Source: Telmatocola sphagniphila
Lineage (GTDB): Bacteria; Planctomycetota; Planctomycetia; Gemmatales; Gemmataceae
Assembly (NCBI RefSeq): GCF_018398935.1
Contig: NZ_CP074694.1
Location: forward strand, 2,280,001 to 2,312,000
Direction: 5' to 3'
DNA length: 32,000 nucleotides
Under the pieces are notes generated by a model that saw only the letters and a list, made by a program, of their open reading frames with translations, had not been told where the DNA came from and searched no databases. How positions within the stretch are numbered: position 1 is the first letter of the stretch; each line of letters starts with the position of its first letter. The position numbers were made by a program, and so were the translations under genes. This document shows positions 8,703 to 17,819 of this stretch, in pieces.

Positions 8703-11528
8703 CTAGGGTTGGAATTCCTCATCGATCTGCTTATTGACAACTGCTTTTTGAAGGGTCATCACTTGCCGATAAGCGGGTCGATCCCAATACTCCGAAGAAA
8801 CCCAGTTGGGAGGCCCGTACTCGAGTGTGGCCTTTCTGGGCAACCAGCATGCTGGAGCGAATTCTTCAAAGTTCGAGTTACTTCGTCGTGTAATCAGTAC
8901 ACTGTCGTCCCAACTCTCCCATTTGCGGGGGGAGTATCCCAAGGCGGGATCTAACCAAAGGATATCTTTTCGATTCTTCGCTTTATTGCTCTGGGAAGCA
9001 GACACGTCCGCTTCGATGACAACACAAGCCGCCCCGTCGACCAACTCAGTCTGCGGTCTGATCTGAACGTTCTTATAACACGCAAAGTTATTCGGTAACT
9101 GCATTCCTTCCTGAGCCTTTCGCACAGACTCCTGTCGGAAGGGATCGGTAGGTCGCAGACCCAAGCCCATCAGATAAATAGGATCGGAAATGAATAACGA
9201 CGGATCGACTCGCATTTCAGGCTTTCCGGGCAGCATATTGGATTTTATATAAGCGGATTTGCCATCGAAAATCGAACGCTTATTGTCCGGTCCGAAGGAG
9301 AAACTCAAAAACGGAAAGTGCGACCCAGTCGCAATGCGATTGGCCTCTGCCAGTTTTTTGTCGATCTGGATCCGCTCAATCACCTCGGGGGGTGCATCCG
9401 GGGCCGCTTCGACCAACTCCGGCGGGACGGCCCGGGGAGTAACTGCGGCGTGCGTGGTTTCCCACATTCTCTTTTCTCCCGAGAACGCGAACTTGTTTTT
9501 CTCCTTGTTGTCGCGCTCCTGATTGATCCCCCAGGAAGCGAGAAGCACTGGATCAAACAATGATTCGGAAGCCGTATCGTACTCGATTAGAAGACTTTGG
9601 AAATTCTGACTTCTCTCGGCGAGCCGCGTGCGGATCTCTTCCAGCGATTCCTTCACGCGGCGGGGTTTCGCAGCCGGAAGACTTCCCATCTGTAAAGGCA
9701 TCAGCGGTTTCCCGCTGAGTTTCGGAAGAGTCGCTATAACCGGCAGTTTTGCGGCGGGGCGGCCGGCTTTCAATTCTCGCAAAAGTTTGAGAATACAATC
9801 TGCAGGTATGGCCATTCCACCATACTGATCGATACGGGCAATCATAATCCCGGCTACTTTTCCATCCAGTCCGACGATGGGACCACCGCACTCCTCCGGC
9901 AAAATCGGCATGTCATGTTCGAAAACCGTTGGGAATCCATCCAATCGGAGGCTGCGGAAATCCCTCTGCCCTTTCAGCGGCAATGTCAGCTCGACTCGCT
10001 TGCCATCGCGCAACAGCGCAATGGGAAGTTGATCTCCGGCAAACCGACCGGCAATTGCCCTGGCCAAATCGGCATGATTCCTAATGGAAGTCTCTCCCAT
10101 CGTTAGAATGACATCTCCCGACCGAATTCCCGCTTCTTGAGCTGCCCCCTGAACGAATTCGATCCAATAGCCCCGCCCTTCGACCGCGCTCCCTACAAAC
10201 TCCGGTAGGAACGCCGGGCCGGGAAAAACCATGAGTCCAGGGGCTGGCACGGACTGTTTGAGATCTCGTCGGGCAACAGAAACGATACCTGTAACGATCG
10301 GCAAATCCTCCGTTCCCACGGCTGCGAGATGCGAGCCGATCGGTAGGTGAGAAGAGGACCACTCGACGGCTTTTAAACCGGTCGCTTCTACTCGCAGGAG
10401 TGCGAGGTCAAATGCCGATTCATATCCCACCAGTTCGGTAGGAACCTTCTTGCCGTCCGGGAGTCGACAAATGGGCAAGCCTCTGAGCTGACTCGCTTTA
10501 GTCAGAAGTAGTCCCTCTTCAACCACAGTACCGAGGGCGACGATTTTCTCGTCGTGGAAGAGGGACACGACGCTGGAGCGAAAGGGACGAATCATGCTCT
10601 CGTAAGGGGCCCGCGTTTCCTCCCCTTGCGACCAGCGGCGGGAAGGAAGGACTTGGACAGTGGCCGAGTTAGGATCAAACCGGGCGGGCAGATCGGGTTC
10701 TTCACTCACTCGACCTACGATTTTTCCATTCTTCAATGCCTGCAGCTCATCTCGCAAAACGGAACAGGAAGTGACGGAGAGAGGGAGAACTGCCCGAGCC
10801 CGGGAAGCACCAGATTCGGCCAGAGCTCGGCTGGGAACTTGTGTACTTCGAATAATTCCAATGAGCCGTCCTTCGAGATCGAAAAATGGGCCTCCTGAAT
10901 CCCCGCCTTCACAGGCGCAATCGGTCGCGAACAGGCTCGACCAGGTGGCAATCACTTTCCCAAGCCGGACAGGTGGCGTGCGACCGGGCCGATAACCGCG
11001 GGGGTGCCCCAGTTTGATCACCGAATCCCCCACTTGAGGATCCGGTCCCTCCGGTTTCACGAACGGATATTTCCCGGGCTTGGTTAATCGCAGCAGAGAC
11101 AAATCGTGAAAGACATCGGCTCCCAGGAGTTCTGCTTCGGCTTCCGTTCCATTCGAAAAGATAATATCTACTTTTGACCCTACCGGTAAAGCTCCGCACT
11201 GATCCATCGGATTGAATCGATGGCTGACGTGATACTGCGAAGCAATCAGCCCCTCTTCGGAAATAATGACTCCGGAACCCGCACTGGGTTGGCTTTTGAG
11301 ATCGGAAGTTTTTTGCCCCCGGATAAAGACTACGGCGGGCATCACTTTTTCGACCACGGAACGAGTTCGCTTCTCGAGAGTGACCAAATGTTGATTGTCC
11401 GATTGTTTGGGGGGATCCGTGGCCGAGGCTCGTCCTAGAACCCCCAGAGTCAGTAGGACATAGATCGAGACGGCCCCGAAGCATCTTGTATGCTTCAGCG
11501 CGCAGCGGTCTGCAGGGACGTAGTACAT
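8703..11528 (-). CDS. Secreted 941-aa protein: active S1C/HtrA-like protease domain, second degenerate protease-like domain with an embedded PDZ, and a C-terminal region of about 300 aa of unknown function
   Basis: N-terminal signal-like helix FGAVSIYVLLTLGVLGRASA. Domain 1 has SQYHVSH, HDLSLLRL and GDSGGP (10887-10904). Domain 2 has LLLTKASQL, FDLALLRV and EECGGP (9879-9896). A PDZ-like segment GYWIEFVQGAAQEAGIRSGDVILTMGETSIRNHADL...LTLPL lies between them. Confidence 0.85.
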   Translation of the reverse strand: MYYVPADRCALKHTRCFGAVSIYVLLTLGVLGRASATDPPKQSDNQHLVTLEKRTRSVVEKVMPAVVFIRGQKTSDLKSQPSAGSGVIISEEGLIASQYHVSHRFNPMDQCGALPVGSKVDIIFSNGTEAEAELLGADVFHDLSLLRLTKPGKYPFVKPEGPDPQVGDSVIKLGHPRGYRPGRTPPVRLGKVIATWSSLFATDCACEGGDSGGPFFDLEGRLIGIIRSTQVPSRALAESGASRARAVLPLSVTSCSVLRDELQALKNGKIVGRVSEEPDLPARFDPNSATVQVLPSRRWSQGEETRAPYESMIRPFRSSVVSLFHDEKIVALGTVVEEGLLLTKASQLRGLPICRLPDGKKVPTELVGYESAFDLALLRVEATGLKAVEWSSSHLPIGSHLAAVGTEDLPIVTGIVSVARRDLKQSVPAPGLMVFPGPAFLPEFVGSAVEGRGYWIEFVQGAAQEAGIRSGDVILTMGETSIRNHADLARAIAGRFAGDQLPIALLRDGKRVELTLPLKGQRDFRSLRLDGFPTVFEHDMPILPEECGGPIVGLDGKVAGIMIARIDQYGGMAIPADCILKLLRELKAGRPAAKLPVIATLPKLSGKPLMPLQMGSLPAAKPRRVKESLEEIRTRLAERSQNFQSLLIEYDTASESLFDPVLLASWGINQERDNKEKNKFAFSGEKRMWETTHAAVTPRAVPPELVEAAPDAPPEVIERIQIDKKLAEANRIATGSHFPFLSFSFGPDNKRSIFDGKSAYIKSNMLPGKPEMRVDPSLFISDPIYLMGLGLRPTDPFRQESVRKAQEGMQLPNNFACYKNVQIRPQTELVDGAACVVIEADVSASQSNKAKNRKDILWLDPALGYSPRKWESWDDSVLITRRSNSNFEEFAPACWLPRKATLEYGPPNWVSSEYWDRPAYRQVMTLQKAVVNKQIDEEFQP

Positions 11529-11607
11529 AACGTCAATCTCCTAAAAAGGGAAACTAAAGAAACTGTGATGAAAACAATTGGGCTAGGCTCGCAGCCGAGT
11601 GACCGAG

Positions 11608-12483
11608 CTATTTTTTTTTGATCCAGGGTGCCAGCGGGGGAATAGTCTGGAAGATCTGCTGTTCTCGATAGTCACTCGGAGGATCAAATTGGAATGCGTC
11701 GGCAGGTATCTGTGGATTCCAGTCGAAGTTCGAATACTCTCGGATAATTGAATTGCTCTGCGACTGGGAACAAACTCGAATTCGCACGGGGTAGTGAGTT
11801 TTCGAATCGAGCCAGACGAGCCAATCGCCCTTCAATCCCAGAGCCGTGCCGTCGGTAATGGCATACCGGAAGGTCGTGCGGCTAGCGATGTTTTCAGATT
11901 GTTCGAAAACCGGCTTTTGTCGGATCAGCTCCTCCAACTGGTCTCGGAGATTCAATGACATGGTGTCGAACGGAGCAATCGCCCCGGTTCGTGCCGCTAG
12001 ATCGACCGTTTGATAGGTCTTGTTGTAGCCGTTCAAAATGAGCAGACCGGCTTGTTCCCAATCTATGAGCCAGGCCATCTGAGCAGGACCTACTGTTTTG
12101 ACCTGAACTTGTTTATCCCGGATGGTCACTTCGTCGATTTGATCGGCCATCGGCGAAGTCGTTTTGACTCGATATCGTACGCTCCCCGCTCGCTTGACTT
12201 TCTCCACGGCCTGACTGAAAGCAAATGCCGTATTTTGTCCACCCAGAGAGAGAATTATCACTAAGGCGGCTGCGATGGAGCCAACGGCAGCCAAACCGAT
12301 GTAGTGCCTAATCTTACGCTGCCGGTTTTTTCGCGACTGAACAGCGATTTGTTGGTTGTGGACAGGTATCGCGATCGAACTAAATAAAGTCGCTGGTGGC
12401 GCCTCGGGTATCGGCAAGGATTGAACAGCTTCGATGGCTTGATCGAGTATATCAGGAGAACCAATTTCGTTACGTTCATTCAT
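11608..12483 (-). CDS. Putative membrane-spanning anti-sigma factor with a LolA/RseB-like extracytoplasmic domain
   Basis: ATG at 12483 overlaps the sigma stop (ATGA at 12483-12480). It has a short cytoplasmic N-terminus, a basic stretch plus TM helix (RKNRQRKIRHYIGLAAVGSIAAALVIILSLGG), and a beta-rich ectodomain ending ...WLVWLDSKTHYPVRIRV...IIREYSNFDWNPQIPADAFQFDPPSDY. The upstream extension in the track (to 12633) lies inside the sigma gene. Confidence 0.7.
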   Translation of the reverse strand: MNERNEIGSPDILDQAIEAVQSLPIPEAPPATLFSSIAIPVHNQQIAVQSRKNRQRKIRHYIGLAAVGSIAAALVIILSLGGQNTAFAFSQAVEKVKRAGSVRYRVKTTSPMADQIDEVTIRDKQVQVKTVGPAQMAWLIDWEQAGLLILNGYNKTYQTVDLAARTGAIAPFDTMSLNLRDQLEELIRQKPVFEQSENIASRTTFRYAITDGTALGLKGDWLVWLDSKTHYPVRIRVCSQSQSNSIIREYSNFDWNPQIPADAFQFDPPSDYREQQIFQTIPPLAPWIKKK

Positions 12484-12998
12484 GGTAACATCTCCTTCTG
12501 CGGAGCAAATGACAAGAGTTTTTCTTTCAGAATCGCCCGCGCTCGATGCAACAGCACGCCGACGTGAGAAGTAGTCAGTCCCAATTCTGCCGCTGCCTGC
12601 TGATTGGTCAGCCCTTCCAGACAGACACGGCAAAATACTTCGGCCTGAACAGAATCGATCTCCGCCAAGGCTATTCGCAAGTGGTCCGCCAGCTCTGTTG
12701 CCTGGGCCTGTTGCCCGGGTTCAAAAAGAGAAGGATCCTTGGGTAAGTTAACGGGCAGAGTTTGGGTTCGCTGCCGAACTCGAATCCGGCTCCGCAAAAG
12801 CATGAGTGCTTGGCGGGTCGCCAGCACCGAAAGGGTCGAAGGCCAATTTCGAATGTTTTCTTTAGCTTCGAACTCGACGGCCGCCAGAAAGGTCTTTTGA
12901 CAGGCATCTTCCGAGTCGGCCTGATTTCCCAGTACGCGATAGGCACAACGCCAAACCAGGGCGCCATGCTCGCGAATGATAGCAGTCCAGTCCGTCAT
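12480..12998 (-). CDS. ECF-type RNA polymerase sigma factor
   Basis: 172-aa ORF. Region 2-like HGALVWRCAYRVLGNQADSEDACQKTFLAA and region 4 HTH CLEGLTNQQAAAELGLTTSHVGVLLHRARAILKEKL. Confidence 0.9.
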   Translation of the reverse strand: MTDWTAIIREHGALVWRCAYRVLGNQADSEDACQKTFLAAVEFEAKENIRNWPSTLSVLATRQALMLLRSRIRVRQRTQTLPVNLPKDPSLFEPGQQAQATELADHLRIALAEIDSVQAEVFCRVCLEGLTNQQAAAELGLTTSHVGVLLHRARAILKEKLLSFAPQKEMLP

Positions 12999-13020
12999 CC
13001 GATTTCCGCCACAAGACTAT

Positions 13021-13055
13021 CCGGTTAGGCAATAGAGATGTTGCCGCAGAACCGG
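13021..13055 (-). promoter_or_regulatory. Imperfect palindrome/hairpin in the leader of the ECF sigma gene
   Basis: CCGGTT-a-GGCAA-tagagatg-TTGCC-gcag-AACCGG gives 11 paired positions. It lies 23-57 nt upstream of the sigma start codon at 12998. Function unknown. Confidence 0.2.
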
Positions 13056-13426
13056 AGCACATTACAACCATTTTCAGAAAAAGAATTCATTTTGTTATCT
13101 GGTATCGCTCTGCATTACACAGTTGAGGCCCAAAAGAATCAGATAATTTCTGGGATGAGTAGATATTCTCAAGGAGGGTAAACATTCGAATGATATAAAA
13201 CCTGTAAAACTACAGATTTTTTCCTGTTCAAAATCGTGTGTTTGAAACCGAGAAAAGGGCTTGGGATCACTTCAGAGGGAACGAACGAGACTCCCTAACT
13301 TTCCTATTTTAAAGATATTTTTATCATTGGGTCCGAGTAATGGGTGTGCATCCGAACTGCCACGGCGACAGACCCCAAGTTAAACTTTGCTCGGTGATGG
13401 ATTTGGTATTGGGTAAAGAGTGATCG

Positions 13427-13713
13427 ATGACTGAGCAGGAATGGACATGTTCCACCGATTGGCAGACATTGATTCAATATTTATCAGGATCCCTACATTT
13501 CAGCGAACGAAACGCGACTCTCGATATCTGTGCAGGGCTGGGCGCCAACGGGAATCTACTCAACAAAACTGTTCATATGCGGCTGTAGAAGTAGCGCAGC
13601 GGGCAGCCGAGGGACGCGCAACAGAGAAAGAGATACATGACGCTCAATGGGCTGCAAAATGTCCGACTTTCAGTTGCGATTTCGATCCGGAATTTATCCG
13701 AAACCACAGCTAA
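13427..13713 (+). pseudogene. Frameshifted small gene of a recurrent planctomycete/myxobacterial N-terminal module
   Basis: Frame A (13427-13588, too short for the track) reads MTEQEWTCSTDWQTLIQYLSGSLHFSERNATLDICAGLGANGNLLNKTVHMRL*. Frame B (track ORF 13441-13713) reads ...SYAAVEVAQRAAEGRATEKEIHDAQWAAK... Together they follow the pattern I recall as EW(L)..(C/S)TDP..ML.(F/Y)L.....S.RK.RLF..AC.....LL.....R.AVEVAER.ADG.AT..EL. The frame changes near 13570. Confidence 0.4.
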
Positions 13714-14280
13714 AAATAGAAGAATCGCCAATGAAGTTAAACGTTTACTCGAAATGGGGGTGTTCAAGAAAGAGGATATTCAAAGTAATATTTCACTAGG
13801 CGAAAAAAGAAAGTTGATCGACTTGGAACTATCGCTTTGTTCGTAGAAACTCTGGAATGAACGAAGGGAGATCATGGACTTGATCAATCAGAATGCAAGA
13901 ATCTACGTATGCGGAAAGGTCGCAAAGTTGCTCCGGCAGACCGAGAAGCTTCTAGTTGCATCGACATAGAATTCAAAGCAACAAGCGGCTCTGAATTCCA
14001 AAATGGTGCGCCGATTTGAAATCCAGTAGCCTGTATTTCGTAGTTGATTTTGCCTGAGCTAGATCCGTCTGCAATGGGTATCCGATCGCACAGCCAGGTA
14101 GTAAAAATAATTCTGTAGAATTCCGTTTTAAGTTCCAAACCCAAAACTTCCGAGGTGGGAAAACAGAGAGAATCGAGGGACTACCATGCGTTTGCGGGGA
14201 TTTCCGCTTCATATGGAAAGCTTTCTTCGCCTGAAATGCCCGAGCATACTGAAGAATTTACACAGGCAGTGAGGTAACAA

Positions 14281-15540
14281 ATGCCAGTTGTCGGTTGCCC
14301 TTCCTGCAAGCATAAAGCGGATATTCCTTCCCAATATCTGGGAAAGAAAATCCGTTGTAAACATTGCGATGCGGTCTTTGAGGCCGCAATCTGGGCCGAC
14401 CCACCTTCCTTCCTCTCCACTAAGCCAAAAAAGAAATCGTCAGTAAAGCCATCTCAAAAATCTTCTGCACCCGAACCCATGGAATTCATCTACGACGAGG
14501 TCTTTGAGGGAGAACATCAGGAAGCACCTCCGAAAATAAACAAAAAAACTACTAAAAATCCAGAACCAACGAAACTCACCGAAATCGAAAGGATTAAAAT
14601 TATCGAGGAGGACGTTCCAGAGTATGCACCTACTCCCCAACGGCCGAAATCCGACTGGGATCAATACAGCAAGCTGGCACAACGAAATGCGGCCGATTTG
14701 TCCTTATTAACTTTGGTAACATCGGGAGGACTCTATCTTGCAGCGATTCTGTTTTTATTCGTACAAATGTTCGTTGCTTGGGTGGGAATCGGATACTGGG
14801 GCTGGGCTGCCGAGATCGGCGGATGGTGCTCCTGTTTTTCGTGGTTTTTGGGAATCCTGGCGCCGATCTTAGCCCTCACCGGCCCCCGCAGACAAAAACT
14901 ATTAACGATTACACTAATTACAATTTCCCTTTGGACTATGCACTTTCTGCTGATGACTTTGGTGGCCACGGGTACCCTGAATTTCGGTTCGCTAACTTTC
15001 GGGCAAGGAGTACGTTTCGAGCGTTCTAGTTTTTCCGTAACCGGTTATTTTTCTTTTATCATTTCGGCAGTAGAATTGGCGTCGATGCTATTCACTTCCG
15101 GATCCGTTTTCTCGGCAAAACTGGTGGTTCTCACGGTGCTTTTCTGTTTGATCGAAGTTGGGTGTCTTTTTAGCCTCGGATTATTTCTCGAAGCTTTGTA
15201 TCGAACCATAAAGAAAGATTTTTATGGCGACGAAGCCAGAAACTTTTCGACGGCTTCGCTTTTGGCAAGCGGAATGTTGATTCTACTCGGTCTTTTTTTC
15301 GGCCTGATATTTTGGATGATGAGCCCTTCCCAGGAAAGTCTGTTCGCGAACTCGGGTGCGAGCTTAAATCCGGCCGACTTTCAGGCAAAGGTGACAGAAA
15401 CGATGGATCGAGCTCTAAGCTATGGTAAACTTGCTCGGCATTTGAGCGTGATTATGAATTCCTTGTTGTATCTAACATTGACAGCACTCTGGAGTTACCT
15501 TCTCCGGATCACTCTCGAGATCAGGAGCTCGATAAAATGA
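14281..15540 (+). CDS. Membrane protein: N-terminal zinc ribbon, Lys/Pro-rich linker, about 7 TM helices
   Basis: 419-aa ORF. It starts MPVVGCPSCKHKADIPSQYLGKKIRCKHCDAVFEA (CxxC-17-CxxC, MJ0042-type finger). A charged linker follows (KPKKKSSVKPSQKSS...). After that come multiple long hydrophobic segments up to the C-terminus. Confidence 0.8.
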   Translation: MPVVGCPSCKHKADIPSQYLGKKIRCKHCDAVFEAAIWADPPSFLSTKPKKKSSVKPSQKSSAPEPMEFIYDEVFEGEHQEAPPKINKKTTKNPEPTKLTEIERIKIIEEDVPEYAPTPQRPKSDWDQYSKLAQRNAADLSLLTLVTSGGLYLAAILFLFVQMFVAWVGIGYWGWAAEIGGWCSCFSWFLGILAPILALTGPRRQKLLTITLITISLWTMHFLLMTLVATGTLNFGSLTFGQGVRFERSSFSVTGYFSFIISAVELASMLFTSGSVFSAKLVVLTVLFCLIEVGCLFSLGLFLEALYRTIKKDFYGDEARNFSTASLLASGMLILLGLFFGLIFWMMSPSQESLFANSGASLNPADFQAKVTETMDRALSYGKLARHLSVIMNSLLYLTLTALWSYLLRITLEIRSSIK

Positions 15541-15796
15541 ATTCAATTTAGCAGCAAAATCGGCTCTGCAATCCATAAGTCTTGTTGCTTTTCCCTACCG
15601 AAATAGTTGGGTAGCCATATCCTTGTCAAAGAGAAAGTGTTTGAAGCTGACGCGGCTGAGAGAAGATTTGTAGCGGTATTTGAAGCTTCTGCACTACCGC
15701 GGTGAATGTGGATATTTTCGAGAAGATTACTCTGGGAGAAACGGAGCCCGGCTATTAGACTTGGCAAAAATAGCTGAAGGGTATCTCAATCAACCA

Positions 15797-16777
15797 ATGC
15801 GAAAATATCGGAAGTTCAATAATCTAAGCGGCGGAGAAACGCCGCAAATCATCCAAGTTTTCAAGGTGAGCATTATCATTCTCCTTACCTTGAACGCAGG
15901 GGGCTTAATTGCGTATCTCGCACTTTCGGGCAACAAGGGCGATCATCCTCGCAATGGAGACGCCAACCCCTTCGCTTCCGTTCCCGAGTTTAAGATCAAT
16001 CCGCAAACCTTCGACACAAAGATTAATCTTGAAAAAGCTTTGTCACAAATCCCGCAGTCAAAAAATCAGACTCTTTCGAAGGCCAGCCTCCAAATACTTC
16101 GTCCAGGTATGACTCTTGACGAGGTTGAAGTCCTTCTGGGCGCTGGCAAGCAAGCCAACAAAGAAGATATCAAGATAGCTTTCGGAAATGGATCAATCAA
16201 AGGGGCGGTTGATGGGCCACCGGAAGATCAATGGATGAACAATGCTCAGAAGTCAGGAGTAACTGCATGGTACCAATGGCGTGAAAATGACTCGAGTATT
16301 TTTGTTGGTTTCGCGATAGGAAAACGTAGTGGTAAATTGAAAGCTTTACTCAGTTTCTGGGTCGAGAGATTCAGTGTGAGTGGGGGCTTATACGGGTTTC
16401 GAACTGACGCCGGATTTTTGGCGTTCGGCGATCCGGATCAGATCACCGATGCCCGAGACGCCGAGAATCGCAAAATCAATGATCCCAAATGGAAAAAGGG
16501 AGCTGCACGACAGTTGCTCCTTGGGCGCTGGCAAGATTCCATCCGACGGATATGTGAGTTTAAATCGGATGGCACTCTCAAAGGATATGCCCAGGGAAAT
16601 TCGATTTGCACTTTTCGATTTATCGATGAGGATCATATCGAGATTACTATTCCAGAAACTCGAATGCAACCGGGAAGGATTCTGCGTCATCGGGTACTAA
16701 TCAACAAAGAGGAATTGTTGCTTGTTTGGGAACTCGGCAACCAAAATGTGTTGTCGGAATACAAACGTGCCAAGTAA
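15797..16777 (+). CDS. Signal-anchored hypothetical protein with a BamE/DUF3862-like segment and a C-terminal lipocalin-like (TIGR03066-like) segment
   Basis: The ATG at 15797 gives MRKYRKFNNL...VSIIILLTLNAGGLIAYLAL, a basic N-terminus plus TM helix. It has LRPGMTLDEVEVLLG. The C-terminus LLLGRWQD...FKSDGTLKGY...FRFIDEDHIEITIP...LINKEELLLVWELGNQNVLSEYKR resembles the small Gemmata paralogous family as I recall it. The track's TTG start at 15680 is less likely. Confidence 0.7.
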   Translation: MRKYRKFNNLSGGETPQIIQVFKVSIIILLTLNAGGLIAYLALSGNKGDHPRNGDANPFASVPEFKINPQTFDTKINLEKALSQIPQSKNQTLSKASLQILRPGMTLDEVEVLLGAGKQANKEDIKIAFGNGSIKGAVDGPPEDQWMNNAQKSGVTAWYQWRENDSSIFVGFAIGKRSGKLKALLSFWVERFSVSGGLYGFRTDAGFLAFGDPDQITDARDAENRKINDPKWKKGAARQLLLGRWQDSIRRICEFKSDGTLKGYAQGNSICTFRFIDEDHIEITIPETRMQPGRILRHRVLINKEELLLVWELGNQNVLSEYKRAK

Positions 16778-17819
16778 GTCGAGGCTGGAAGAGCTTTTTT
16801 GTCAGATTCAAGCTCCCATACTTGTAGAAAACGTCGGACTGCACTCTGGGGCGACGCTATCTCTCAGAGACAGCAGCAGGGAATTCGAGGCAGCCTGAAG
16901 AGGTAATCCGACCGCGGAGATACTTTTCCGATGCAGCGCTTCTTTGCGATTTTGAACGAAGATCTTTGGCACCTAGTGGAATATCAGCCGAGAGAGGAGG
17001 TAAAATGAAGTCCCTGCGGATCGATCGGAGTATTACGCAATCGAATTAGAACGCTTTGAGTCTGAGATAAAGCACCTCGGAGGGGCCTGAAAGAGCACAC
17101 CAAAATAATTAACTCTCTGTCCGCGAAAGTAAGCTGGAGCTCAGCTTTCTGCAAATGAGAAATGATTATGCTGATTAACTTACAAGCGAGTCAGGAAAAT
17201 AAGCAAATTCACGCAGTAAAGTCGATCAGGCTCGAAAGAATCAGCTCAGCTGTTAGCATTGGAATTACATAGTTTCCGAAAGGTCTACTGGTCCTTGATC
17301 GGACAGTTCGATCCCGGCTTCCAATCCGGGCGACAGTCATTTAACGAAAGACCTGACTGTAAAAGGTGAGGGCTTGATTGTCTTAAACGGAAGATATTAC
17401 TGATCCCGGTACCTTCGGAGGAATCGGAATTTTTGAATTTCGTCCACGATCTCCCCAGCATCGGGCTCTGGCCAAAAGCAATTGAAGACCATTGCCTAGC
17501 AGCATTCGAAGAGGAAGATTTCGATCAAACGGAATAGTCGGAGAAAAATCTTTGCGGAAGGAATCCCACTTCGGTTCAGCTAGCTGGGTCTTCCACCATG
17601 CTTTCTTAATAGCCATCTTTTCAAGATCAGGCGGCCTGAGTAATGTAGCAGCGGGTTTGGAGAATCCAAGAAGTCTTATCGGGGCCATCCCTAAGGAATT
17701 CCAAGGGATTCAGAATCGGCTAGATGCAAGTAGGAGAACTTCTATCCAACTGACTCTCTGCTGAGACTTTCCAACCACTTTGTACTGAATAATGAGCCCC
17801 AACAAACAGAAGAAAAAAC

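Noticed and set aside
8806-11484. Off-frame ORFs within the protease gene (10909-11484 minus, 191 aa; 10554-10995 plus; 9553-9891 minus; and others).
   Set aside because: They have no motifs and are fully nested in a 941-aa ORF with clear protease and PDZ motifs.
13874-13954. 26-aa ORF MDLINQNARIYVCGKVAKLLRQTEKLL, resembling the (H/R)IYVCG...M motif near the C-terminus of FNR-type flavoprotein reductases.
   Set aside because: Too short, with a single motif and no upstream continuation in any frame. It could be chance.
17241-17330. Possible tRNA gene (AGCTCAGCTGTTAGCA ... GTTCGATCC).
   Set aside because: I cannot fold a cloverleaf. The D-stem 3' half, the anticodon stem and the T-stem do not pair, and there is no acceptor stem. 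At best it is a degraded fragment, which I report only as a low-interest observation.
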